Source: Octopus bimaculoides
Lineage: Eukaryota
Direction of reading: 5' to 3'
NCBI RefSeq assembly: GCF_001194135.2
Contig: NC_068993.1
Coordinates: forward strand, 42,105,249-42,169,248
Length of the DNA: 64,000 nucleotides
The position numbers were made by a program, and so were the translations under genes. Within the stretch, counting starts at the first letter, position 1. The number at the start of each line of letters is the position of its first letter. This document shows positions 38,439 through 51,779 of the stretch, piece after piece. The notes under the pieces were generated by a model. The model searched no databases, was not told the origin of the DNA, and saw only the letters and a program-made list of their open reading frames with translations.

Positions 38439-39246
38439 NNNNNNNNNNNNNNNNNNNNNNNNNNNNNNNNNNNNNNNNNNNNNNNNNNNNNNNNNNNNNN
38501 NNNNNNNNNNNNNNNNNNNNNNNNNNNNNNNNNNNNNNNNNNNNNNNNNNNNNNNNNNNNNNNNNNNNNNNNNNNNNNNNNNNNNNNATATATGTGTGTG
38601 TGTGTGTGTGTGTATATCTATATACATAATATCCGCACAATCACGCATACACGCACACGCAAACACACGCACATACATTTAGATATGTGTGTGCACATAG
38701 ATACACATGATTTTGAATTATTGATTTGAAGTATCCTAAACCAATAATAAGCACAAATTGCTTTCAGCCATATTGTGTCAAGTTTGATCATAGAGGAAGT
38801 ATTGAATAAAGATCGCGAAAAATCACTAAATTTATCAAAAACATCGATTGAGTGTTATTCTTATTTATTTATTTTTGCATAATCAAGATTTAATCTTTGC
38901 TGCATCGAAGGTTTATTGTGGCTGTAGTATTATTTTGAGTTCAAGGTAACGAAGAATAGCATTTCTAAACAAATAATCAACTGAGATTGGCAAATCTACA
39001 CATATATATGCTTGTATATACATATGTAACTGTATCGTTTGGATGGTAACATTTTTCATGTAACTCAATGTTTAAACAAATAAAAATAGACTCCCTTTTA
39101 AAGATTCCGTAGAAAATATAAGGTGGTGCACGCATACTGAGGTATGAGGACCCAGCTTATTATACCAGAAACAGGTGTAAGGTAATAAACCTGATTCCGT
39201 ATTTTCTGTTCCCTTCTTATTACATTAATTTCATATACAGACGTAT

Positions 39247-40328
39247 ATCAGGTCATTAGGAAATGAAATGTCCGATTTTGAACTGAAAGTTTATTTTACT
39301 TCATCTCACTGAGAAAAAGGCAATGCAGTTAATCAGACTATGCACCTGAATTATCAACACAATTTTACCATTTTACCTGTAGTTTATTTATGCTGGTAGC
39401 AAACAATTCTGGAGAGTAAGAGGTGATGAAATCACGAAAGGCTGTTTTTGCATCTTCTTCAGATTTGAATTTTTTTCCTTGCATAAAAGTTGTCTAATGT
39501 CTGGAAATTGTGATATTCAGATGATGCAAGGTCTGGTGAATATAATAGATGACAGAGTATTTCGAAGTTCAGTTCCTGTCACTTGAACAGCTTTTTTTGC
39601 GCAACATGTGGTCGAGCATTGTCTTGCAAGAGAATTATCCAGTTGGTTGATGTATACATCTGCTGTAATTGACTTACCATGTCTTATGAAGCTATAGTGG
39701 ATAACACCAACGCTGGACCACCTAACAGCCACCATTAGCCTTTTTTATGAATATCCTTTATTAGATTGTGTTTTGCCATTTCATCTCTATCCAACCGCGT
39801 TATTTTTTAAATGAATTCATTTTTCATTGCACGTAACAATGCGATACAAAAATGTTTTACTTTTATGCCGCGACAGCAAAGAACAGCAAAGTTCAAGACA
39901 AAGTGTCATCTGATGCTCGTTCAGTTCGTGTGGTATCCACTCGTCCGGCTTCTTTACCTTGCCGATCTGTTTCAGATGGTCTAATACGGCTGGAATCGAA
40001 ATATCAAACCTTGCTGCTAACTCATGCATAGTTTCACATGTATCCGCTTTCACTACAGTTTCCACCTTATCATTATCCACCTTCGTCTCAGGTCTACCAC
40101 GAGGCTGATTTTCAACAGTAAAGTCACTTCTCAAACTATCGACGTACGGTGCGCTCATTCGCCACATCTTCACCAAATACCTCATTGCTGTTTCGAGCTG
40201 TCGGGAATGCATTCGTTCCACGACAGAACTAATATTCATAAACAACACGAATTTTTTTTTCTATCCATGAGTCCACAAAAATTGATTTAAAAGAGAAAAT
40301 TCACAATATATTCAGACACCATGAATTG
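39247..40328 (-). mobile_element. decayed mariner transposon (5' TIR lost in the gap)
   Basis: RGRPETKVDND..VLDHLKQIGKVKKPDEWIPHELN..RIVTCNEK; YSPDLASSEYH; TIR-like TA-TCAGGTCATTAGGAAATGAAATGTCCGA at 39245-39275. Confidence 0.9.
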
Positions 40329-40640
40329 NNNNNNNNNNNNNNNNNNNNNNNNNNNNNNNNNNNNNNNNNNNNNNNNNNNNNNNNNNNNNNNNNNNNNNNN
40401 NNNNNNNNNNNNNNNNNNNNNNNNNNNNNNNNNNNNNNNNNNNNNNNNNNNNNTATATATATATATATGGGGGGTGCATATGTAATTTTTATATATATAT
40501 ATATACATATATATATGTATGTATACGTATGTATATATGTATATATATATATATGTATATATATTTATATATATATATATATATGAATATACATGTATAA
40601 ACATATTTGTATATATACACACATAAAAATATATACTTAT

Positions 40641-42672
40641 ATATTGTTAAATACATATATTAAGTCGTCATTTATGAAATTTGTAGTTAGGTATATTGTA
40701 AATATTGACACCTGCTCATTTTGCGTCATTATTATATTTTGACTATTTTTATCTCTTGTTAGAAAGCGGATACATCTATTTCTTTATTCGATCTCATTTT
40801 GGTCTTTATAAAGTAATTATAAATCATTTTTTGCTATTTTAGTTTAGAGATAGATAAGTCGGAAACTCGTACAGTTTTGAAATATGAGTTCTTTCTTAGA
40901 AATAAAGTATCACAGACAGTTTGGAATATGAATGAAGTATTTCATTCTAATGATACAACAGACAGTATCAAACTGGCTTGCAAAATTTCATTATGGTAAC
41001 TTTGACCTCAGAAGTGAGCAACGCGGTTGACCAGAAACAAAGGTGGGTAATGACAAACCGAAAGCTACCGTCGACTCAGATCCATCTCAAAGTGCCCGTG
41101 AATTATCGCTGTTGTTTGGTGTTAGCAACCAAACAATATTGACTCACCTAGTTCATATCGATAAAGTGAAAAAGCTGGATAAGTGAGTTCCACATGAACC
41201 CAATGAAAATCAGAAACAGCAACGTTTGGAAGCCTGCATTAGGCTACTTTCTCGTCACAAAAATGAATAATCTTTTGAATCGAATTGTAACATATGATGA
41301 GAAATGGATCCAATACAACAAACATAAACGTTCAGAACAATGGCTGGAGAAAGGCGAGACACAAAAACAGTCCAAAAAGCAAAATTCAACAAAAGAAGCT
41401 GATGGTGTGTGTTTGGAGATCTGGCACAAATGTGATCCATTATGATTTCATTAAACCTGGCTCATCAATCACGGCCGAACTATACTGTAGCTAACTACAA
41501 AAAAAAGACAGCCTAGATAAGTCAGCAGATCCACTCCTATTTTATTGCAAGACAACACCAGATCACACATCGTAAAAAAATAGCATTGGCGAAACTACAG
41601 GAGTTGGAATTGGAAGTTCTCCATCATCCACCATACTCACCTGACCTTGTCCCCATTGACTACCACTTCTTCCCGAATTTAAATAACTTTTTTAATTCCG
41701 ACGATGATGTAAAACAGTCCTTCCAACTTTTTTTTTTTACTCCATATTGCCAGGCTTTTACAGTTCCGGGCTGGAAAAGCTACCGCTGAAACGGCAAAAG
41801 TGTTTTGGCGTTATGAGTGCATATTTTGATGAATAAAACTATTCATTGTATTTATAAAATATTAGCAAACTTTTTTTTCTTTTCTACAATTTTCATACTT
41901 GACGACCTAATACTAATGTATATGCTTCGTGTATTTCCCAGTGGCTGCAATTGCGTAGCAGAATATATAACTCTTATTTTGCAGGCGTTAAAACACCTTA
42001 GAGTCATGGACAGGTGAGATAACTCACCATCAATCCTATTTGGGAGTGATGGACATCGATGTTTTGCAATTTCGTGTCTTATCCACATTGCCTGAGCTGA
42101 AGGCAAATCAGCTGGTCAGTTCAGCGAGTTATATGCTCATCGCTTGTAAAATGATGAACTGGTATACTCTGAAATTGTATACCTAAGAGAAAATTTACAT
42201 ATGATCAATATTGTTAAATACATATACTAATATATATGTTTTGTGTATTTATTATTTTTCGGTAGCTGCAATGTCGTGGCGGAGTATATAACTCTCATGT
42301 CGCCGTGTTAAAACACCTTAGAGGCATGGACAGGCGAGATAACACACCCTCAATTTCATTTGGGAATGATGGACATCGATGTTTCGTCAATTTTGTGGCT
42401 TATCAACACCACTTCCCCGCTTGGGTTGAAGGCGAGTCAGCTGGCCAGTCCAACGACTTCTATGCTCATCGCTTGTGGTATTGATAAGCCAAAAAGTAGC
42501 GAAACATCGAAATCCATCACTCCCAAAAGGGGTTGAGAGTGAGTTATCTCGCATGTCCATTACTCTAAGGTGTTTTTACACCGGCGACATGAGAGTTATA
42601 CGCTCCGCTACTCCAATGCAGCCACCGGAAAATACACAATGCATATACATTACTATATGTATTTAACAATAT
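40641..42672. repeat. tandem-plus-inverted (foldback) repeat element interrupted by the mariner
   Basis: unit A (40641-40659 + 41911-42207), direct copy B (42208-42477), inverted copy C (42479-42672). Confidence 0.8.
40660..41910 (+). mobile_element. full-length decayed mariner (D,D34D type), 1251 bp
   Basis: 27 bp TIRs (40660-40686 / 41884-41910, 4 mismatches) with TA TSDs at 40658-59 and 41911-12; RIVTYDEKW, LQDN, HPPYSPDLVPIDYH; stops and frameshifts. Confidence 0.95.
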
Positions 42673-42696
42673 CTATTATACTACAGCTGTTTTTAC

Positions 42697-42753
<57 letters not shown>

Positions 42754-45439
42754 TATATTTAGGTGCCACATAATATTATGTGGAAGTGTACCTTATTTTA
42801 TCATCACTCTTGCTTTATTTCCTCAAAACTATTTTATTTATAGAAGAAATACTAACTCCTGTTTACCTTGATAGTTTTATTAGATAATGGTTGATGTTTC
42901 CTACAAAGAAAAAGTACATTTTCACAACAATATTAAAAATATGCTTTTATTCTTGTGGCAATAGTAAGAGCTAAACCAACATACGGTGTTAAAATTTTTC
43001 GAAGACTTTCCTGCACTAATTTAAAACGTTTATCGATATAACAAAAGTATTGTGTTGTGGTAGTGATTTTAATAACAAAACAGCGTTTGTTAGTTGGACA
43101 CTAAATTCTATTTGTGATTATGTATGTGCGTTTAAGAAACTGGTTACCGCTTGTGTTGTATGTTTTTGTTCAAAATTTCAGTTGAATCCTTCGCCAAAAC
43201 ATTAACACATTTCCGTTCACTGTTTTTTCCTGTCTGTGATGCGATCATATTTTATGATGCATTGCATAACCAGCGTTTTCCGACTAAACGGTACACTATC
43301 ACCGCAGAACTATGTAATACTTCCATATTCTAACTAGTCGGAACTCCACTAATTTTTAAGCCAACTCCCTCTGGTTATGCTACCAGATCTACGTCACCTC
43401 GTCAGAGGGACTGTGAAAGCCATAGGCTTTCAATATTTTTATTCAATATTTTTATTCAATATTTTGCTGAACACTTTTAATTTATAACAATAAAAGCGAA
43501 ATTTTGCCTGTCCGTTTGGGACCCCTGTATTTCACTCTACATTTGCTCTCCATAAACATGTTATAGCTTTTTGGATTCAGGACAATCCCAGGATTGAAAA
43601 TCTTCATTTGCTTCATGAACATTCAGCATTGGGATCTGATTTAGGAGCATTTGAGTTGCTATCACTAGTAGGTAAAGCTTGGCTGATTCCCGTCAGCCTG
43701 GTTGGCGTTTGTCAAATGACGTCAGAGTTCAAGGGGAAGATAAATGACATTCGCTTCGTTAATTGTACGTCGAATAAGAATTTAGAGACAAATTGGCCAA
43801 CAGTTGGAATTCAAATTAGGACTGGAACAATAAAATGAATGCATTACAGAATTAATTCTCATCCGTCCCTAATCTCTGATCAAACACCACCGGGGCATAT
43901 AGTCATGCTGTTTGTTTAGCTGTCACTAGTTTTGGATCGCAGCTCCAATTAGCCCTCCGCAGGAGCTAACTTAGATGTGCGCAAGGAGTGCAGCTATAAG
44001 CTATGTTAAATAATCATAAAAAATCTATAAAACTTTGCGATATGTAAACAATATTTGGTTTCCGGAATATTTGTTTTCGATATCATCACTTCATGAAATA
44101 GAGTTTCCTTCTTGTGTATAGTTGAATTGGTTATAACAATTTTATTGGAACGCCGATCTAATGTTTCATCCACCTTCATCTTGCCGCCGACAGCAATAAC
44201 CGCAGTTTGTCTATGTGTACTATAATGTCAAATGTAATTGTATTATAAAATCAATAAGTAAATACCATGATGAAATGACTATTAATGTAAATCTACGGCA
44301 ATGCATCCTCCGCCTTCGAGTCAAAGGCAATAGGAATGTATATCATAAGATATGTAATTGAATTCTCAGATCAACATGTAGGTAAGATTATAAGAGTTGC
44401 ACTAAGGTAAATCTACAGCAATGTATCATCCCACACCACCCCAATTTAATTGGGTTAAGGTCTTTGAATGTGTTATCAGGAAATATATCTATTTGCATTT
44501 TCAGATAAATATGTAATTGATAGTAAAACGGGCACAAAGTAAACCCATGGAAATATAACATCGGATCCATTCCGAATTAACTGGGCAATGGGCTCTGATA
44601 TTAAAAGTGTTGTAAACCTTCTACGACTCTTGGGGCATCTCTGAGGATGCATCACAGAGTACTCTTGAAAAGTATCTTGGAACCATAGTGACCGATCATT
44701 AGGACAGATCTGCAAAGAGACCAATATATGGTTTAACGACAATGAAATTATACGATATTGATTTATTTTTTTGAAATATCAACTGGACCGTTAATAGATT
44801 CCTCTCTGAACTAACGATCAAAATATCTATAAATTCAGACCTTCTTAGGACCGAAAACACTTTTAATGTGTAGTTTTATTGTGTGTTGACATTAAAAAAG
44901 AAGAACTTGCCATACACATGAATAAAACAGTAACTACATGTCTCTTTGTTCTCATTATTGTATTATAGTTTATCACTTTTATGGCTTTTTCACTCTCTAC
45001 TGGAGTACAATTTCTATTTCGCTTACGATTTCCTATTTTTTCTTCATATTTCCCACATATTTTATAATGATTAAAAACGTTTTGTATTTCTTCTTCGAAT
45101 ACAACTACATTTTAAAATCTGTATTCAATATTTGAGCTGAAATTATTTGAAATTGCAACATGGCTGTCTTAAAACTTCAAACCTATATATCTTTCTAAAA
45201 ATGTCTTTGAACTCAGCCATCAGATACATCTTAAACAGATGCATTGTAATAGCAACTTTTATGATGTACTTTCAATCATATGTTTGATTTAACAGTTTCC
45301 TTTGCTTTTTAATATCGTTTGAAGTAAAATGTATTACTGTAGCAACAAAACAAAGCCAATAACAAAAAATGATAGCAATAAAAATTTATAATAATGTCAG
45401 AATACTAAAACATTACTCTCTGTGAACCAAATATTTCAG

Positions 45440-46420
45440 CCGCCATTTCAATTACCGAAGCCACACTTTCTAATGTACAAGTGAAGAAACATTCACGTCT
45501 GCATGAAATCACAGATCAAATCATTGATAACCAACCTTTCTCTATATTTCCCCAACTCTTTTCTTATCAGATATTCGTCTTGTTCTCATATAATATCCCC
45601 GGCGTCTCATGCATCCCACTACCTATAGCATGTCCAATGAACGCAGCAACGTCTACCGGAACATCACTCATGTATCACATAAACTTCTCAATCGATTCTC
45701 TCCACCGATACTGTTCCGTTCTATTCACGCATCAGAATGTGCAAGTTACTTTCACATTGCAAGGGCTATTAAATGTATGAAACCCCATCAATTAACTAAC
45801 CAGCCTCTTTTCTGATGCACATTCACCGTTCTACCACAAGCTGTAATTATCATCCCGAATGATCAGTTCACCTGGCGCGGTGAACAAATCTGTACTTTCA
45901 CATTCTTTTCCTTCAAACTCTAACTGCTCCTGTCTTTTCCAAATCTTCCTCTATTATCTTTTAACGTGCATTACCTTCGGATTACTCGCTCCCATCCGCA
46001 TTTTATAATTAACACCCCATTTTCTTTAAAAACCACTATTCTGTATTTTGCATTAACCCCTTCATCATCAGCAACACTCTCATATCAAACCGCAAAGAGA
46101 AATCCTCGTCACCTACATTTCTCTATAACTGACAGAAATCAGGGGCTATTCGGATGAAAGTTTCTGTATGAACCGACATTGACATTCGCGTTAACTCCCA
46201 GGCGAGCTACACACCTATAACTAGAGTTTTCAATTCACGAGACCAATCCCTCCTCATTTTGCTGCTCAAGGAATTACCATATACCACGGTTAAATACTCA
46301 CGGATATATAAACTTAATCTCATTTCTATTTTAAACTCTTCCATCCGAACAAGTATTAAAGAATGTATCTTTTCTCTTACTCTACTACGGATTCCACCTA
46401 CCATTTTTTCTCCAGATTCA
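45440..46420 (-). mobile_element. heavily decayed LINE (RTE-like) fragment
   Basis: purine-rich minus strand; LEFEGKECESTDLF..PGELIIRD resembles the RTE thumb region (VDSF.YLG..I). Confidence 0.35.
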
Positions 46421-47159
46421 GCCTAATAGCAGCAGCAATTAACGTCACCTAACTATTTTTCGTATATATGTACTTGTAATTGTGTGTATGTTTTCATGCA
46501 TGTATGTGTACGCACAAGTGTTTTAGATTTTATAAATATTCGTGATTTGTATGAATTTGTATGGAATTGTATGGTGTTCCATTACTTTTATCTCCTTCCC
46601 CTCACATTTCAAACGGAATTAAAGTAGAGAGACTGCCTTAAATCTGCTCTGCTAATAGGTAATAGTAATATTCATGCGGATAGTTGAGAAATAATTACAT
46701 TTGATAGAGTTTTAATGAGCTCAAATTTATTTAATGCCCGAAGTATTTTGAAGAGATAAGCACTAAATACACAAAATTGGAATAAGACACACGGAATGGA
46801 AACACCATAGATATAAAATTCCCTTCAGATCTTCAACTAGAAAACGGACTTTCTTAACCACACAAGAGTATAAGAGTCAAAACATGGTAATCATAATATT
46901 ATCAGCTACTGATAGAAAATATATCAATCAATCTTGAAATAAATATGTCAATCAAACGCAGGTAAGGTGGTCTGAATAGATACATGTTTGTACACAATGC
47001 TAATTTACATTATTCTGCATTGTATTTAAATGAGAACAGACATTTATATAGTGGTTGTGGTAAAAAGCTCCATATCATCAGTTGGGGTGAAAAAGCCATC
47101 CAGCTTCCCTTAACAAAAAAAATAATAAATAACTGAACGATCTACATTCTCTGTATTCC

Positions 47160-48300
47160 CATAGGACCCCCTGCAGTATTTCTTTAGCTGTTCTTTGTTA
47201 ACAGGTCACACCTTTTCTTAGAACATTCCCCGAAAGTCTCTGTAGACTTCTGGTGTGGTCTTCATCAGAACTGTATCCGCGGTGTCTATAGGAGAGAGTG
47301 GGCTGTTTTATGTATGGTCTCTTTCCCATGTTTGTATCATCGTATTCCTTGTGTTTTCCGTCTACGGTCGCTTTTTCTTACTCCCAGCACTGCAGAGTTG
47401 CCATGACTAGGTTTAGATGTAGTTGTGTGCTTGTACTTGTCAGTAATTCTGCTCTAACTGCTTCTTTTGGTTTTTACTAAGATTGTTTTTTTTTATATAA
47501 TTGTGGTTTGCATTCTGATTATGACTCGCTCGTGTTGTTGTTTTTGCTGTTGTGCTGGTAGATGGTTTGTAGTAAGGATATTTAGCTTCTCTTCTCGCGA
47601 ATCTGTCACTTGTGACACGTGGATATTCTAGTCCTTCAAGGAAATGGAGTAGCTCTTATTTATTCTTTTTCCCGACCTTATCAGTTACTGGCTTCCCTCT
47701 TTGTTTCAAGAAAAGTTAGAAGGGAGTGAAGAAATATACTGATGTTGGTTCTTGGAAGTGTTTGGCTTTTATATGAGTTTCCTTTGGTTGGTTATGGTCC
47801 TGCTTACATTTGTTGTTTCTCTTGGAGTCGATTAAGCTTTGGTTGCTGGTGCTATGTTTCTTGCTTCTATTACTGCTGTTGTTGTAACTGAGATACTGAG
47901 AGCAGGACAGAAGGTCACTGGTAAAAACTACTAAAACATCATGCTTCAGTCTCCTTTCTAGCACAAAAGCACTCATTTGTGTGATGTGCATCAAGTGCAT
48001 TTCTTTCAGAATGATCTTCTCCGGGGTTTCATTTTTGACGAGAAAATGGAATCGGAAACTATATCCCTTCTGCAGAACGAGGAATTATTATTCTTTGCTA
48101 GACTTTCCCCACAACTAACAAAGACTACTTCCAGTAAAACATTCCTTACCTTTACTTTCAGCATTTGCGGCACCTCACAAATGGAGCTTAATTTGTAAAT
48201 TACGTAGAGGTGAGAAGAGTATACATTTTTTTGCATCATCTTCATGTAGTAATCGCATTTTCATTTAAGCTTTCCATTTCTCTCATTTGTCACATAATTC
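47160..48300 (-). mobile_element. possible decayed LINE ORF1-like remnant
   Basis: strong A-rich minus-strand bias with broken reading frames (KVKVRNVLLEV); no catalytic motif seen. Confidence 0.25.
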
Positions 48301-49244
48301 GCATCTCCAGTTTTGGCTTACACGCCACCATTCACTGTTCCCAGCCTACATTTCTCTCTACATAATGATCTTTCCCGTCAACTTGGGATGATTTTGAATT
48401 GCTAAAACTTTCTGAAATTAGAACAGTATCACATATGTAAAGTTGTTTATTTATTTTATCTCATTATTTTGTCAACAGCATCGACGCGATAAACTGTGCC
48501 ACTAACACCCTGAGAGATTAGAATACAGAAACTTAAGAGGAGGTAACTAAATAATTAATTGCATGTCGTCTGGCAGTATAGATATGATATTATGAAGTGT
48601 ATGATTTTTAAGTTCGTTATTTGATTTGCATCTTAGTCTCCAAATTTAATTGATTAAGAAATATAGAAGTTATACCGGAGAGAATATAGATTCCAAATAT
48701 CTGCATCTGTAACATTGATGTCAAATTGACAATTTTTTTATTCATCTCTGGAGCATGCATATGTTATATTTCTGATAATGAACTGAAGAACTACTTGGGT
48801 AGAAATTGTCACATTATTGGCAAGGATAGTAGTATCATGAACGGTGACACAGTGTCAAACAGAAGCAGTGCATGTAGAAATATACGCACACATATGTAAT
48901 TTATATATGTGTTATATTTATATGATTTGTACCTGTATGACATATACATGTATGTATGTATGAGTGTGTGTGTGTGTGCGTGTGGGTATGTGGGCCCGGG
49001 CGTACGTACAGATTAATTTAGTGAAGATAAGTTTTAGCTGAGAGGTGAGACTTAAACATACTTTAATAATATAGATGTATACATACTCGTACACAAACAT
49101 TTACAAATGTCTATATATGTATATGTATGTATATATAAGTATGTATATGTGTGCGTGCATGTGGATGTGTGGGTGTTTCCAATAAAATATGTAAATATAT
49201 ACATATAATATTCATGTATAATATATACATACACATGTATAAAA

Positions 49245-49300
<56 letters not shown>
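49245..49300 (+). repeat. (GATA)n microsatellite grading into (GACA)n
   Basis: direct reading. Confidence 0.95.
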
Positions 49301-49301
<1 letters not shown>

Positions 49302-50274
49302 CAGACAGATAGCTAAACAGACAGATAGACATGCAAACAGACAGACAGACGTACATACAGACAGGCTACCCTGCTACAATTGGCTAGCGAATCTCATTCA
49401 AATTTGACTCAACCGTCTTTAACATGTATTACGAACATACTGAATAAATTATCCTGAGTATTATTATATCAGAAGCAAACATGTGATTTCCAGAGCTTAA
49501 ATGTTACTTGAACGATAAGAATTCCTCCTACAGAAACACGTGTTCCAATTCTGCATGTGGTCGACACCCAAAGGCAACGAATTTGCATGCATCAACCTTT
49601 AAATCTAGTAGTAAAAATGTGTTGTGCTGTTTGGATTTATTAATACTATACACAGACAATACAATGAGACATCCCATAAAATATGCTAATTATCCAAATC
49701 AGATTAACAACAATAAAAAGAGCAAGCACATATTACTTAAAATCTGAGAATAACGATATTTCTCTCTATGGTGATGTAGTAATGAGTGGAATTCATTTAT
49801 ACAATCCAAACGGAATATCTCATAAGTAGTGTACAATCAGCAAAATTTAGAATACTGCAATAATAATAGTAACACCAATAGTATTGAAATATAAAAATAA
49901 GGGTACAAAAATCACCTTTATGTAACTAAAATATTTCCTCAATTATAACCAACATTCAAGTCGCGACTGTTTGTGAGAAATGTTTATAAAAGTACAACAT
50001 AAAAGTACGAATCACAAATGGACTTCCGAAAAGAAGACAATGCTAAATTTCGGAAGAGGAGATTTAAACTACACAAGACCCATGCAACCACTACATAATT
50101 TCTGTGACCCGCATTCGAAAATAGTAGGTCACAACGTGAAATTGAAATTGCTGTCATTCAGAATAAGTGCGACACTATCGTGCTATATATTAATACAATT
50201 TATTCTAATAGATGCATACGGCCAAAACTTGATGATGCAGTGACAATCTATTACAGCTAACCCATTGTTAGTTT

Positions 50275-50390
50275 CATACGTTATTTTATTGACCCTCAAA
50301 GGTTGAACGGTAAAGTTGACTTTGGCATGATTTGAACTTAATGAACCGCAGCAATCTCTACTCTAATGATTCTGCCTATCCAATGCCCCG
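50275..50390 (-). mobile_element. SINE family A remnant
   Basis: TTTTATTGACCCTCAAAGGTTGAACGGTAAAGTTGACTTTGGCATGATTTGAACT. Confidence 0.6.
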
Positions 50391-50520
50391 AGGATCATAT
50401 GTACTAATAGTAACTCACACATACATTCATACACTCACACACATACACATACACATATACACACACGTAGACACAGATACATTCAGTCAGGTATTCAAAC
50501 ACATATCTATATATGTATGT

Positions 50521-51372
50521 CGAAATGTTAGCGCTAAGCAGTATTTATGCATAAGCAGAATTTAGGTTAGTTGAAATATGTTTGTGATATATTTCAACTG
50601 CTAAAAGGCAAACACACTGCAGTTACCGTGGAGAATATCTCTCTTATGGTAAAAGGCGTGAAAACATCCGATTCTTTCAGTGTCGCCATCTATTAGGACT
50701 CCTAGACATCGATGTTTCAAGCTTCTTGACTCTTGTCAATGAGATGTGCCTAAGAGAAGCAACTCTGACCGAACTTAAACACAAAACCATAGCTTTATGT
50801 ATAATCCAGGTAAAAACGTTAATTGATTTGCGCTACGGGACCGCACGATGAGGAAAATAACGAAATGTTAGCGCTAAGCAGTGTTTAGGCATAAGCAGAA
50901 TTTAGATCAGCTGAAATATGCTTGTGGCATATATCAACCATAAGAGAGAGATATTCTCCATGGTAACTGCAGTTTGTTTGCCTTTTAACAGTTTAAGTTT
51001 GTCACAAACATATTTCAACTAACCTAAACTCTGATTATGCCTAAACACTGCTTAGCGCTAACATCTCGTTATTTTTCTCGATCGGGCTATCTACTAGCGC
51101 AAATCAGCCAACTGTGTTGACTGAATTACACATAGAGCTATGGCTTTATAAGTTCGTCCTGAGTTGCCTTTCTTAAGTACATTTCATTGACAAGCACCAA
51201 GAAGCTTGAAACATCGATGTCTGGGATTCCTGGTGGATGGCCACATTGAATGAACTAGGAGTTTTCACACCTTCTTTTACCACAACAGAGATATATTTTC
51301 CACGATAACAGTGTATTTGCCTTTTAGCAGTTGAAACATGTCTCAAACATATTTCAACTAAGCTAAATTCTT
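50521..51372. repeat. large imperfect palindrome built from a 340 bp unit
   Basis: CGAAATGTTAGCGCTAAGCAG recurs at 50521 and 50861; 50938-51372 is the reverse complement of the unit array. Confidence 0.85.
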
Positions 51373-51779
51373 TATATATATATACTTGTATATATGAGTA
51401 ACTACTTTACTTCTATGCATGTTTCATTACACGAATATACTGGTTTTATTGCGTTTTTGTTTTAGACTTTAAATTTCATCTAAAAGAATATACTCGACTT
51501 CTGTGTTGTTTCTTAGATACATGGTTAAGCTCAGGTGAGCCTCCTCTCTAAAGTACATTTTTTATATAATGTTAGCCAATAAGTTAGCATTCAGGTGTGA
51601 ATTTGTTTATTGCGATCAAAGACTATTAAGTTTTTATGACAATATCCATCTGCGTTGTTTGTGTGTTAATTTTAACACTGTATTGCTACCTGACTATGTT
51701 GCCTGTATTGCTGCCTGTCTAACTTTTACTTTTGACGTACATACAAACACATATGTATGCACACATATATCTTTATTTT

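Noticed and set aside
39817-41789. SETMAR/Metnase-like gene call for the mariner ORFs
   Set aside because: No SET domain, multiple stops and frameshifts, TIR/TSD present; these are transposon fossils
43608-43838. 76 aa ORF containing a TGACGTCA (CRE) site
   Set aside because: No recognisable domain or splice context; a single 8-mer is not evidence of a promoter
47225-47272. Minus-strand CTGATGA followed by an AGAC/GTCT stem
   Set aside because: The required GAAA box after the stem is missing, so it is not a hammerhead
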